A stretch of DNA of 63,912 nt, counting the filler, from Octopus bimaculoides (lineage: Eukaryota), in assembly GCF_001194135.2 (NCBI RefSeq). It is 7 parts of 7 records of this genome, joined end to end, with 100 filler letters (N's around TTAATTAATTAA, not from the genome) between each part and the next. Parts side by side here need not be neighbours in the genome. Positions count along the whole stretch, not along the records: positions 1 to 17,093 come from NC_068986.1; 6 more parts are not named here. The stretch is one strand, 5' to 3'. Below are positions 1-12,200 of this stretch, piece by piece; positions within the stretch are counted from its first letter, which is position 1, and every line of letters begins with the position of its first letter. The position numbers and the translations under genes are program-made. Below the pieces are notes generated by a model. That model was not told where the DNA came from. It did not search any database and saw nothing but the letters and a program-made list of their open reading frames with translations.

Positions 1-1114
1 ATATATATATATATATAATAGTTATGTGTTGGCGATAGTAACGAAAGAAAATTATTCGTTGCTACACACTAGAACAGTAGTATAATATTTTGCAGCACTA
101 TCAACATCTGCGTGAGAGTCAAGTCACACAGTTTTTCGTTTCAGGTCACCACGTTGGAAACCAACACAAGAACACGACGATCGACGTGACTCCCACGCAA
201 ACAAACAAGTCTTTGCCTGTCATGGTTTCAGATAGGAAATGTGTGTCTGCATGTGTATTTCTGAGTATATATATGTGTGTGTATATGTGTGTGCACGTAT
301 GTATATATTCATGTGTGTGTGTGTATTTATATATATATATATATATATATATGTATGCATCCTCTCTTCTATTTATTTGAAGGCTTCCTGTAAGGGATGC
401 ATTACTTTCTAACAAGGATACAAAGCGCCTTCTTTGAAATGTAGACAACAAAAACATATTCACATCTTGAACTTGGAAAATGTGTTACAAATGTTTTACT
501 GTTCCGTTTATTTACGTGTCTATATACAGATATATGTGTATGTCGTTCGATATCTGTATGTGTATCTATTATACATGTGTGTATACCTGTTTTCTTTTTC
601 TCATTAATTTAGAGGTGATTTTGGTCGACCACCTGCCTGGTAGCAAGGTTGGGATGAAAAGCATTTTGTTCTGTTAATCATTGTTTAAATCAAGGTATTG
701 CAGAATCGCAGTCATTTGTATCGCATGAATTTGAGGAGTCACATTCTGTCCCCAAGAACTCAAGTTTAGTCATACTTAACTCAATCCAGGATTGATAGGT
801 ATGTTATTGCTCTGAAAGTGAAAGTGAAACTAAAAGTATATCTTGACTTCTCGATTTGTAGATTCGTTATCAATGGACTATAAACGTGTTCTTTCTTCTG
901 TAAGCATACATAGATCTCTATCTCTGAGTGTATGTATATACTCGTATGTGTACGAATATGCATAGATATACATATTGCAACTCTACTCTTCCTTGCCTGG
1001 TTTAGTTATCCCATGGTTCCGGGATCAGTTCCAATACGTGGCACCCTGGGCCAAATTAAATACAATCACCTGAAATCATTATATATTCTTTTTTTTTAAT
1101 TATTTTTATATGTT

Positions 1115-1448
1115 CCGACACTAAAACTTATTCTTTGTAAGCCTAGTACTTATTCTAACGCTCACTGTGTCGAGCCGCTAAGTTACAGGCACATAAGCAC
1201 ATCAGCATCGGTTTTCAAGCGATGATGGGGAACAAACACAAACACAAACACACACACACACATATATATATGTATATATATATATATACGACGGACATCT
1301 TCCAGTTTCCGTCTACAAAACCCTCTTAAGGCTTTGGTCGGCCCTAGGCTATAGTAGAAGACACTTGCCCAGTTGTCACATAGTAGGACTGAACCCGGAA
1401 CCATGTGGTTGGGAAGCAAGCTTCTTACCACTGAGTCACGCCTACGCC
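1115..1448 (-). mobile_element. tRNA-derived SINE, family B (internal (TA/TG)n tract)
   Basis: Minus-strand head GGCGTAGGCGTGACTCAGTGGTAAGAAGCTTG...CCGGGTTCAGTCC has A/B-box-like motifs. The body matches copies at 6827, 11915, 17468 and 32818. Confidence 0.85.
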
Positions 1449-1744
1449 TATAAAAGTATTTCAAAATTGCTTTTAAAATGTTGAAAACCTTCAGAATTGT
1501 TCATGCAACCAATTCAGCGTGTGGTTTATGTTAAGCCTCAAACAAGAGCACCATTGTGTAATCAAGAGTACATAACATTTTGAAACAACGTGCTCCTAAT
1601 TTTTATGCAAAACTATGGTCTCCACCTTGAAACATATTCACTTAAATGCATGTAATCATACAAACATTTTCATAAAAAAATACTCCTAAGCATTTTTTTT
1701 TTCAACATGCTAATGATTTCGCCGCTTTAACAACAATAATAATA

Positions 1745-2425
1745 ATCCTTTCTACTGTAGGCATTTTAGGGGAAGGGGAAAGCCGGTTACATCGACCCCA
1801 GTACTTGTATTTATTTTACGACCCCGAAAGGGCGAACGTAGTGCTGACTTCTGTAGAGTTTGAATGTAAAGACGAACGAAATGCCGCTAAGCACTTTTCC
1901 TGGCGTGCTAACGATTCTTTTCTACTCTACGCACAAGGCCCGACATTTTTGGAGAGGGGGCCAGTTGATTAGATCGCCCCCACTACGCAACTGGCAATTT
2001 ATCGACCACGAAAAGATAAAAGGCAATGTCGACCTCGGCGGAATTTGAACCCAGAACGTAAAGACACGCGAAACACCGCTTAGCATTTCGCCCGGCGCGC
2101 TACCGATTCTGCCAGCTCACTGCCCTTAACAATAGAAATAATATTATAATAATAATATAGGCGGCGGGCGAATCCCTTTGTCCTTGTTTATCCCCTCTAT
2201 GTTTCGCCCCTTGTGGGCAATAAAGAAGTAAGAAATAATATTATTTTCTACTATAGGCACTAGTTTTGAAGAGTACCCCAGTACTCAAATGGTACTTATT
2301 TAATCGACACTGAATGGATGAATGACAAAGTCGAGACCTCGGTGGAATTTGAACTCAACATAACAGCTGGCGAAATACCGCTGAGTAGTTTACCCGGATT
2401 GTTAGTGATTCTACCCGCTCGCCGC
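1745..2425 (-). mobile_element. Cluster of about three tRNA-derived SINE family A copies/fragments
   Basis: Recurrent body (plus-strand view) ...CGACCCCGAAAGG...AAAGTCGACCTCGGCGGAATTTGAAC(C/T)CAGAACGTAAAGAC...GCTAAGCATTTCGCCCGGCG...CTGCCAGCTC, separated by short AAT tracts. A plus-strand 3' tail fragment lies at ~2165-2235. Confidence 0.85.
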
Positions 2426-2452
2426 CTTTATAATAATAATAATAATAATAAT

Positions 2453-2810
2453 GTTGTGGTGAATAAAAAAGAAAGACCATGTATGATAATCGACATAGCA
2501 TGTTCCGGTGACAACAAGATCAATGTGAAAAAAGAAGAAAAAATAAATAACTATGACAATTTAAAGTGGGACATACGAAGGTTGTGGTGCATGAAGAGAG
2601 TAGACGTGGTACCAATAGTAAATGGTACCAACCTGAATGAAAAAGACAGATGCAAGAACCCCTACAAAATTGAGCATTGCTTGGAACCGCAATTCTTCGC
2701 AGCGTTCTTGAAGCATGACCAGTAAATAAGAGTCACCTTAGTCTGCTGGCTGTGGACGGCTGACACTTTCCATCATTCCCAGCAAAATAAGCTGTGAATT
2801 TTTTATATAT
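2453..2810 (+). mobile_element. 5'-truncated R4/Dong-type non-LTR retrotransposon, RLE endonuclease C-terminus plus 3' UTR
   Basis: VVVNKKERPCMIIDIACSGDNKINVKKEEKINNYDNLKWDIRRLWCMKRVDVVPIV resembles the PD-(D/E)xK restriction-like endonuclease tail of R2/R4-group ORFs. It starts directly after (AAT)n at 2430-2452. Confidence 0.8.
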
Positions 2811-2819
2811 TAACAATAA

Positions 2820-3222
2820 TCCTTTCTACTAAAGGCACAAGGCCACAAATTTGGGGAAGGGGACCAGTCAGTTACATCGATCCCCCAGTGTTTCACTGGT
2901 ACTTAATTTATCGACTTCCGATAGGATGAAAGGCAAAATCTACCTCGGCGGATTTGAACTCAGATCCTGAAGACCGACGAAATACCTATTTCTTTACTGC
3001 CCACAAGGGGCTATACACAGAGGGGACAAACAAAGACAGACATAGGGATTAAGTCGAAATATATCGACCCCAGTGCGTAACTCGTACTTATTTAATCGAC
3101 CCCGAAAGGATGAAATGCAAAGTCGACCTCGGCGGAATTTGAACTCAGAACGTAACGGCAGACGAAATACCGCTAAGCATTTCGCCCGGCGTGCTAACGT
3201 TTCTTATTTCTTTATTGCCCAC
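2820..3222 (-). mobile_element. Head-to-tail SINE family A units
   Basis: Two family A bodies. In each, the tRNA-like head is cut and joined to the 3' tail (GTGGGCA(A/G)TAAAGAAATA) of the next unit, at ~2985 and ~3200. The array runs into an N gap. Confidence 0.85.
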
Positions 3223-3783
3223 NNNNNNNNNNNNNNNNNNNNNNNNNNNNNNNNNNNNNNNNNNNNNNNNNNNNNNNNNNNNNNNNNNNNNNNNNNNNNN
3301 NNNNNNNNNNNNNNNNNNNNNNNNNNNNNNNNNNNNNNNNNNNNNNNNNNNNNNNNNNNNNNNNNNNNNNNNNNNNNNNNNNNNNNNNNNNNNNNNNNNN
3401 NNNNNNNNNNNNNNNNNNNNNNNNNNNNNNNNNNNNNNNNNNNNNNNNNNNNNNNNNNNNNNNNNNNNNNNNNNNNNNNNNNNNNNNNNNNNNNNNNNNN
3501 NNNNNNNNNNNNNNNNNNNNNNNNNNNNNNNNNNNNNNNNNNNNNNNNNNNNNNNNNNNNNNNNNNNNNNNNNNNNNNNNNNNNNNNNNNNNNNNNNNNN
3601 NNNNNNNNNNNNNNNNNNNNNNNNNNNNNNNNNNNNNNNNNNNNNNNNNNNNNNNNNNNNNNNNNNNNNNNNNNNNNNNNNNNNNNNNNNNNNNNNNNNN
3701 NNNNNNNNNNNNNNNNNNNNNNNNNNNNNNNNNNNNNNNNNNNNNNNNNNNNNNNNNNNNNNNNNNNNNNNNNNNNNNNNNNN

Positions 3784-3946
3784 GAGGAAGAAGAAGAAGA
3801 AGAAGAAGAAGAAGAAGAAGAAGAAGAAGAAAAACAACAACAACAACAACAACAACAACAAGAGGAAGAAGAAGAAGAAGAAGAAGAAGAAGAAGAAGAA
3901 GAAGAAGAAGAAGAAGAAGAAGAAGAAGAAGAAGAAGAAGAAGAAG
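3784..3946. repeat. Compound (GAA)n/(CAA)n microsatellite
   Basis: Read directly. It explains the poly-E/K/Q/F ORFs at 3073-3970. Confidence 0.97.
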
Positions 3947-4489
3947 GACAACGATGACGAGAATATTTAAGTAAACAAGATAGAGTTTATTTTATATCAT
4001 TTATTTTCTACGCGCCGGGCTATTTACATCTGTAAATGGATGTTCTTAGTGAAAATTGGATGCTGATCTACAACACTTATTTAAGGGAACATTACGCTGA
4101 TACATGAAACTGTAATTTTTATTGTTCACAGAAGAAATGTTACACGTATACATACGCATATATACAGGATAATATATATAAACCCAAACGCAAATAAACG
4201 CACACAAACATGGATACGTGTGTTTTTTCTGTCCCTGTCGTTAATAGTTAACAATATTAGCTCGTTGTGCTGTTTGTTTTCCCACTCCGCTATATCAATC
4301 CCAAACAACTATATCTAAAGACTGTTGACGCCACTGAAGTGAAATGTACCGTCTGCTGGTGTCGAAACAAAGGAAATCCCGGGAGATAGAGCTGATGAGG
4401 GTAAAAGTTTTCGTTTGCTCAATCTTCTATTTTGTTCTTATCGTTTATGCATAATTTCATACATACATACATACATACATACATACTCA

Positions 4490-5245
4490 CAATATGAAAG
4501 AGTATTGGTGGAATGTCCCAATAAAAACCTCAATAAAGTGCAGACATAATAGACCGGATATAGTAATCTGGGACAGAGAGGAGAAACTCTGTACAGTAGT
4601 AGAAATCAGCTGTCCTGCGGATGTCAACATCCCACTAAAGATTAGAGAAAAAGAGAACAACTACGCCGAGCTACTGAGAAATTTNNNNNNNNNNNNNNNN
4701 NNNNNNNNNNNNNNNNNNNNNNNNNNNNNNNNNNNNNNNNNNNNNNNNNNNNNNNNNNNNNNNNNNNNNNNNNNNNNNNNNNNNNNNNNNNNNNNNNNNN
4801 NNNNNNNNNNNNNNNNNNNNNNNNNNNNNNNNNNNNNNNNNNNNNNNNNNNNNNNNNNNNNNNNNNNNNNNNNNNNNNNNNNNNNNNNNNNNNNNNNNNN
4901 NNNNNNNNNNNNNNNNNNNNNNNNNNNNNNNNNNNNNNNNNNNNNNNNNNNNNNNNNNNNNNNNTAGAAGATTACAGATTCAAGCCATCAATGGAACTGT
5001 AAAGATATGTAAAACTTTCCAAAAATTTAGCACATAAATACATATGCATGCATCTAAAACGTATCCATAAAACAAACATACAAATCTGCGCATACACTAA
5101 CACCAAATACTGCACACACACACATATGCACAAATACCTAGATGATGTTGATAAAAGTTCCAATGAAGGAGCCTTGAATCTATGTTAGAGTCCGGCTCTT
5201 TCTCTATGGACAAGAAATACAGAAATGAAACTGATTGATAACATA
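4490..5245 (+). mobile_element. 5'-truncated R4/Dong-type retrotransposon flanked by (ACAT)n; middle lost in gap 4685-4964
   Basis: YWWNVPIKTSIKCRHNRPDIVIWDREEKLCTVVEISCPADVNIPLKIREKENNYAELLR is an RLE PD...E..K region. After the gap: RRLQIQAINGTVKICKTFQKFST*. (CATA)n lies at ~4456-4484 and (ACAT)n at ~5240-5270. Confidence 0.88.
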
Positions 5246-5307
5246 CATACATACATACATACATACATACAAGTTGATACATAGAAAATATCACTAATAT
5301 TTTTGTG

Positions 5308-5615
5308 GAATGGGCTCCTCACTCACCAGGTTTTTCTCTCCTTTTCTTTTCTGGAGTATGTTGAAAGAGAAGGTGTACTCAATAAAAATCACAGATATGG
5401 ATCATCTGAAGGAACGAATCATGAATAAAAGTGTTCAACTTAATGGAAAGAGGTGTTAAATCAACGGATTCATATGAAACTCTCAAAAATCACTGAACTT
5501 TGCATTATTTACGGTGTAAACCGTGTTGAAAATGTTATTTATTAGTGTAGTAGAATAAAATTACTGAAAATGGGAACTTTCGCATAAGGGTTCAGACTTT
5601 CTTGCCACCTTATGT
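5308..5615 (+). mobile_element. IS630-Tc1-mariner transposase C-terminal relic
   Basis: EWAPHSPGFSLLFFFWSMLKEKVYSIKITDMDHLKERI resembles the WPPRSPDLxPLDFFLWGxLKxKVY motif. Confidence 0.65.
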
Positions 5616-5694
5616 GTATGTATGTACGAACATAATATACATACACCCACACACTTATACAGCCACATACATTTTTACTTGTATTAATTATTTT

Positions 5695-5732
<38 letters not shown>

Positions 5733-6063
5733 GTTGTTTCTTTTTATCATATAGTCACAAGATTAATTAACGTAAAAACATTCATTGCGAATAAATTGCC
5801 ATGCTATCGCAACACATGTAGCATGTATTGAACTATCACTATTTATTCATATATATATATATATACACTGTTGTGTGGACAAATGAAAGAAAGAGGCACA
5901 CAACACACTTAGTAGATGTTATATGTATTATTGTTTAAAACGCCCGAATGATCCCGAATGACCTGGGTTCCTGTGAGGTGTCTACGAAACTTAATTTTGC
6001 ATGGTTCCGCATGAAGCTGTTTTAAAGGATAATAATAGACAGACAAGCAGATAGACAGACAGG

Positions 6064-6136
<73 letters not shown>

Positions 6137-6138
6137 GG

Positions 6139-6359
6139 ACGAAGCGGGCTGAAAAGTTCCTGGCTTTGGGTAAAAAGAAAATGCAAGAGGATCCGTTAAC
6201 TATTACTTTATTGAACATATTCCCCTCTCAAATTCACACAATTATAGCAACGGTGCTTCACTTTTTCTAAACCCTGTAAACGGACTCGGATTTTGGGTCC
6301 CCAGCCAGGCCTGACGTGATATCCTTAAAAGCCAGGAACTTTTCAGCTCCCCACTCATA
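6139..6359 (-). mobile_element. Short mariner-derived MITE (~220 bp)
   Basis: Inverted termini GCTGAAAAGTTCCTGGCTTT / AAAGCCAGGAACTTTTCAGC. The minus strand retains a transposase-end fragment VNLRGEYVQ*. Confidence 0.75.
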
Positions 6360-6372
6360 TATGTATGTGTGT

Positions 6373-6408
<36 letters not shown>

Positions 6409-6826
6409 TTGAAGATGCTTTTCTAATTGCGCCAAGTATGTATTTCCCATTACAGACTTACAGACTTATGCCATGACGCTCATTAAGCTAATAGTTTAGA
6501 GTAACCATGGACACGTGCATGTTGATGAATTGTACATAATGTAAAGAAAAGCTAAACATTCTTCAACCGGAGGGAGGTGGAAGATATTTGAATTGAACTA
6601 AATCATATACTCTCGTGAATCGGACTACGTAAAACATGAGGTTTAAATATTATATTGAAATGTCAGTGAATTCAAATCTATTCACTTTGCACGTAGACAA
6701 TCAACAAGAAAGTACAACAACAACTTTACATTTAACATATGCTTAGGACCATAAACTATATATATTTCTCAAAATATGGCAAGAACACATTGTGTTTTGC
6801 AGAATTCCTTACGTGTAGACAATCTA

Positions 6827-7212
6827 GCGCAGGTGAGACTGTGTGATAAGAAGCTAGCTTCCCAACTACATGCTTGAACCCTTGGGCAAGACTACTTAGA
6901 CTTTGAGACTACCAAAAGCATTGTGAGTGGTTTTTGTAGACGGAAACTGAAAGAAGCTCGTCGTGTATATGTATATGTGAGTCCATGTGTATGCCTGTGT
7001 GTGTGTGTCTTTTTGTGTCTGTGTTTGTCCCCCACCACCGCTTTACAACCGGTTTTGGTGTGTTTTATGTCCCCGTAAACTAGTGGTTCAGCAAATGCGA
7101 TTGGCAAGGTATCAGGCGTAAAAAAAAGTACTGGGATCAATCCATTTGGTTAAAATTCTTCAAGATTAATCTCTAGTATGGTTGGGGCCTAATAACTGAA
7201 ACGAGTAAAAGA
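6827..7212 (+). mobile_element. SINE family B
   Basis: GCGCAGG...TGTGTGATAAGAAGCTAGCTTCCCAAC head, GTAGACGGAAACTGAAAGAAGC core, TG-rich tract, and CTGAAACGAGTAAAAGA tail. Confidence 0.8.
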
Positions 7213-7749
7213 AATAATATAAAACTCTATGTTTAACTTTTCATAATCAACCGAACGAGACAGACACGGAATTTTGTCAGTGAAAAGGTGGCGGTCTCAA
7301 AGCGACGAAAATATTTTGGTAAATTAAATTTAAATGTTGAGGTGAATCTAACGGTTTTTGTGTGTTTTTAAATGGCTTATAAACACCTTCCATGCTGCAA
7401 GTGTTTATATATATATATATATATATATGAGATAACAAGGTCAAGGCAGTGTAATATTTCTAGGACATATATAAAGACACACTTTTAAATAAACAATATC
7501 ATATTTATGCGAAAGACCTTGTATTAGAAAAGCAATGATAAATTTAATGTAAAGAACAATATTTTAAGTCTTTCATTGAGGAACTTTAAACATTGCATGT
7601 GTGTGAGTTGGTTTGTGGGTATTTGAATTTACAGGCGAGAAGTAAAAGTACTCTATACATGAGTAAGGCTATTTTTCGAGCCCAAAAGCAGAGAAGAAAA
7701 CCTCGGCGCTCCATACCCTTCATCACAAGCAGCTCAAGCAACAGCATCC

Positions 7750-8310
7750 AAAATTTATTCTAATTGTCAGCTCTCATTATCAAGGAAAAGTTCTTTTAAG
7801 AAAAGCACATAACATAATTTGGACCGCATCCAAACGTCTGGCGTCTCTCTCCAAAATCAAGCAATTTTTCATCCCTTAACAATTATTGATATTCTATAAA
7901 ACTTGGACAAAACCTACAATAGAATCTTGCGCTGAAATCTAGGACGAAACAACTGCTACAAACATTGTCATACTAGACAACATCCAGAAATGAGTCATCC
8001 AGCTCTCTGGTACAAAACCACCCAGCCACACTCCGACAAGTGGTTCTCTGCCTTTTCTCTCGCTACTACAATGGTTTCTACTCCAAGGATCTGCATGGGG
8101 CCATGATACTCTCAATTGAGCATACCTATATCACATCTCTATCTTATTCTCAACACCCTTGTTAAGCCCAGCCCATCCATCAGGTCGAGGATACGTCATT
8201 ATGTCAAGTTCTTCTTTTACTAAAGGTCGGCCTACTGGAATTTCGTCCGTGCTCATACTATTCTGGCAGGTTTGCACTTTAAAAATTTTTAAGAGAAGCG
8301 TTAATGAATC
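7750..8310 (+). mobile_element. CR1/L2-group LINE, degenerate post-RT 3' region
   Basis: Frameshifted translation HNIIWTASKRLASLSKIKQFFIP*QLLIFYKTWTKPTIESCAEI*DETTATNIVILDNIQK, then RYYNG-like and LKIFKRSV segments typical of CR1/L2/Jockey-like ORF2 C-termini. Confidence 0.6.
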
Positions 8311-8584
8311 AGTCTCGGCTGTCTAGAAGGCCATGCAAGGGATATGGGCCCAGCCCCACCCACCAGTTCAATACGTAAGGAATGATATGCGCTCTTAATT
8401 TCAAGATTTAACTTCGTCGTTAACGCAGATTTCATCCAAACACATCTCAAATGTTTCACCTGAAATCCTGTATTCGAAGGCGAAAACATACAATTATACA
8501 CCCGTATGTATACATACACGCACATACACAGATATACATAGAGTCAAAAATAATTAATAATAATAATAACAACAACAATAAACC

Positions 8585-8876
8585 CTCTTAAGTACAAAGT
8601 AACCCGGCTATGAAGAAGCTAAAGATAGTGGCAATTATTGTTGGGTCCCTGGGTATAGTATCAGAAGGCATCAAGAGGAATATAACGGAAATAGGAATAG
8701 GGTGCCAAGTAGAACTATTACAAAAAGTTTGTCTCCTTGGTACGAACAGAACAATAAGGAAAGTATTAGATAGCTGAAAAAAAACGGGTAGCTTAGTACC
8801 GTAGGCTGCAGGTAGCAAGCCCGCTACGCATGCAAGACTCCGGGAGTTCCAACAAAACCTGTTGTAAAAATAAATA

Positions 8877-8880
<4 letters not shown>
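8585..8880 (+). mobile_element. 5'-truncated R4/Dong-type 3' end embedded in (AAT)n
   Basis: KLKIVAIIVGSLGIVSEGIKRNITEIGIGCQVELLQKVCLLGTNRTIRKVLDS* matches the R4/Dong-like VPIVxGALG...LQKxxLLGT..ILRKVL ending. AAT tracts lie on both sides (~8551-8580 and ~8875-8947). Confidence 0.82.
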
Positions 8881-8949
<69 letters not shown>

Positions 8950-9579
8950 TGATGAGCAGAAGACAGGTATGGTTGTCAATGCTTTATAGAACATACACGC
9001 GTTTCAACTAACGGCCGTAGTGATTACATAACAGCTGTAGAAACGTTGATGAGGTGAAGTTTTCGGCTCATTGTTATTATTTAAATTATTTGGTTCGTAA
9101 TTTGCGCACTAGCCTATCCCGGGGTTGATAGCCCGCATTGTATTACACTGGGTACAGTAGCGGAATGTGGTATTCACTGCTGAGCTCGACCTTTGGTTAT
9201 GTGTCACACTATACAATACCTCTTTCATAAATACATAGGCAGATAGATAGATGGATAGATAGATAGATAGATAGACATACATACATACAGACAGACATGC
9301 ATACATACATAAAAGGAGTATAGACACCGTATTTCAACAGCTTAGATTTCAAGGACCCACAACTTTTCAACATTCTGCCAAGCAAACTTAGATATCTGTG
9401 AGATTAGATGTGGATGCTTCCAAAGAAATTTTTATCTGAGGTACCAGATCAATCCACGTCACGGCAAGAAACACTGAGTAATCCTGTCCAAGTCGTTTCT
9501 TCACCAGTAACATTTCTGGAAAGAAAGCTGGGACGTCTTTACATATGCATATACATTACATATGCATATACATTATACC

Positions 9580-9616
<37 letters not shown>

Positions 9617-11122
9617 NNNNNNNNNNNNNNNNNNNNNNNNNNNNNNNNNNNNNNNNNNNNNNNNNNNNNNNNNNNNNNNNNNNNNNNNNNNNNNNNNNNN
9701 NNNNNNNNNNNNNNNNNNNNNNNNNNNNNNNNNNNNNNNNNNNNNNNNNNNNNNNNNNNNNNNNNNNNNNNNNNNNNNNNNNNNNNNNNNNNNNNNNNNN
9801 NNNNNNNNNNNNNNNNNNNNNNNNNNNNNNNNNNNNNNNNNNNNNNNNNNNNNNNNNNNNNNNNNNNNNNNNNNNNNNNNNNNNNNNNNNNNNNNNNNNN
9901 NNNNNNNNNNNNNNNNNNNNNNNNNNNNNNNNNNNNNNNNNNNNNNNNNNNNNNNNNNNNNNNNNNNNNNNNNNNNNNNNNNNNNNNNNNNNNNNNNNNN
10001 NNNNNNNNNNNNNNNNNNNNNNNNNNNNNNNNNNNNNNNNNNNNNNNNNNNNNNNNNNNNNNNNNNNNNNNNNNNNNNNNNNNNNNNNNNNNNNNNNNNN
10101 NNNNNNNNNNNNNNNNNNNNNNNNNNNNNNNNNNNNNNNNNNNNNNNNNNNNNNNNNNNNNNNNNNNNNNNNNNNNNNNNNNNNNNNNNNNNNNNNNNNN
10201 NNNNNNNNNNNNNNNNNNNNNNNNNNNNNNNNNNNNNNNNNNNNNNNNNNNNNNNNNNNNNNNNNNNNNNNNNNNNNNNNNNNNNNNNNNNNNNNNNNNN
10301 NNNNNNNNNNNNNNNNNNNNNNNNNNNNNNNGTAACATTTCTGGAAAGAAAGCTGGGACGTCTTTACATATGCATATACATTATACCTATGTATATATAT
10401 ACGTACGTACGTAAGTATGTATGTATGCGCTTACATAGGCAACATTCCGACCATCTGACTATGATGTGAACATGTTTTACGCCCACGAAATTTTAAATAT
10501 AATGGAATTGAATCAAAATATGATTAAATAACAGTATAGCAACACGGCGGTGCATCAGCATGGCCGCAGCTCTAAGCTGAAACTATATAAAAGATAAATG
10601 CATATAGCTGCAACAAAAGTGAAGAATATATGTGTGGGTGTGTAAATATATATATACGCGAAAGAGATGATAAAAATATGATTATCTTACGAACTTCATA
10701 AAATAATCATTTACTCCTTATAATCATTTAATCTTTTGTCATCTGTCTTTCTTATTACCGCTCTACACTCACTAAACGCCGGATTATTGGTCTCGCTATG
10801 CCTAAGCGAAATATAAGGAGTGGGGGAGGGGCGTGCATGTATTAAGTTTTACAATTGTTTAAGTGTAACTATCTACCTAGCTACCTTTCTATCTACCTAT
10901 ATACTTATGTATCTCTCTAGCTAGTTATTTAAGTATCTATCTATCTATATATATATATCTATCTACATATCTATCAATATTTCTCTATATCTATCTACCT
11001 ATTTCCCTATATCTATCTACCTGTCTATCTACCTACCTATCTATCTACCTATCTATCTATTTCTCTATCATGCTGGACCGCTGCCTTGAAAAGACTTACC
11101 TTTATTTTTACCCCTCTCTCGC

Positions 11123-11171
<49 letters not shown>

Positions 11172-11384
11172 GTCGCTATTTTTCGAGGACGTAAACAAAC
11201 CAGCATCAGTTGTCAGTGGGGGAGGGATCGAATACACACACACACACACACAGAGGCACACTCAAACACACACATACACACACATGCATGTACATGATGA
11301 ACTCTAGTCGTAGGTGATGAATGAGATTCTCGACTTCTTGCTGAAGAACCGGTTCACACCTCCATGCGTACATATATACGCACA

Positions 11385-11441
<57 letters not shown>

Positions 11442-11914
11442 TAGCTTTTACTTGTTTCAGTCGTAACACTGCGCCCATGCTGGGGCACCGCCTTGAACAA
11501 ATTTTATTGGAATGAATAGACCACTGNNNNNNNNNNNNNNNNNNNNNNNNNNNNNNNNNNNNNNNNNNNNNNNNNNNNNNNNNNNNNNNNNNNNNNNNNN
11601 NNNNNNNNNNNNNNNNNNNNNNNNNNNNNNNNNNNNNNNNNNNNNNNNNNNNNNNNNNNNNNNNNNNNNNNNNNNNNNNNNNNNNNNNNNNNNNNNNNNN
11701 NNNNNNNNNNNNNNNNNNNNNNNNNNNNNNNNNNNNNNNNNNNNNNNNNNNNNNNNNNNNNNNNNNNNNNNNNNNNNNNNNNNNNNNNNNNNNNNNNNNN
11801 NNNNNNNNNNNNNNNNNNNNNNNNNNNNNNNNNNNNNNNNNNNNNNNNNNNNNNNNNNNNNNNNNNNNNNNNNNNNNNNNNNNNNNNNNNNNNNNNNNNN
11901 NNNNNNNNNNNNNC

Positions 11915-12200
11915 CACATGGTTCCGAGTTCATTCCCACTGCGTGACATACATATATATGTATGTATATGTATGTATGTGTGTGTATATGTTTGTGTCTG
12001 TGTTTGTGTCCCCACGACATCGCTTGACAACCGATGCTGGTGTGCTTACGTCCCCGTAACCTAGCGGTTCGGCTAAAGAGACCGATAGAATAAGTACTAG
12101 ACTTACAAAGAATAAGTCCCGGGGTCGATTTGCTCGACTAAAAGGCGGTGCTCCAGCATGGCCGCAGTCAAATGACTGAAACAAATAAAAGAGCAAAGAG
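11915..12200 (+). mobile_element. SINE family B (head partly in gap)
   Basis: CCACATGGTTCCGAGTTCATTCCCACTGCGTG...CATCGCTTGACAACCGATGCTGGTGTG...GGCGGTGCTCCAGCATGGCCGCAGTCAAATGACTGAAAC. A minus-strand tail fragment is at ~11450-11525. Confidence 0.85.

Noticed and set aside
1455-1720. Possible Tc1-like C-terminal relic
   Set aside because: Only faint similarity by eye, and no TIR was found.
4360-4420. CTGATGA/GAAA motifs as possible hammerhead ribozymes (also 20846, 22100, 59185)
   Set aside because: The required stems II/III and NUH cleavage site could not be built by eye. An Infernal scan would be decisive.
9508-10400. ~60-bp sequence repeated on both sides of the 9617-10331 gap
   Set aside because: Typical of unmerged overlapping contig ends at an (AT)n tract; most likely an assembly artefact.
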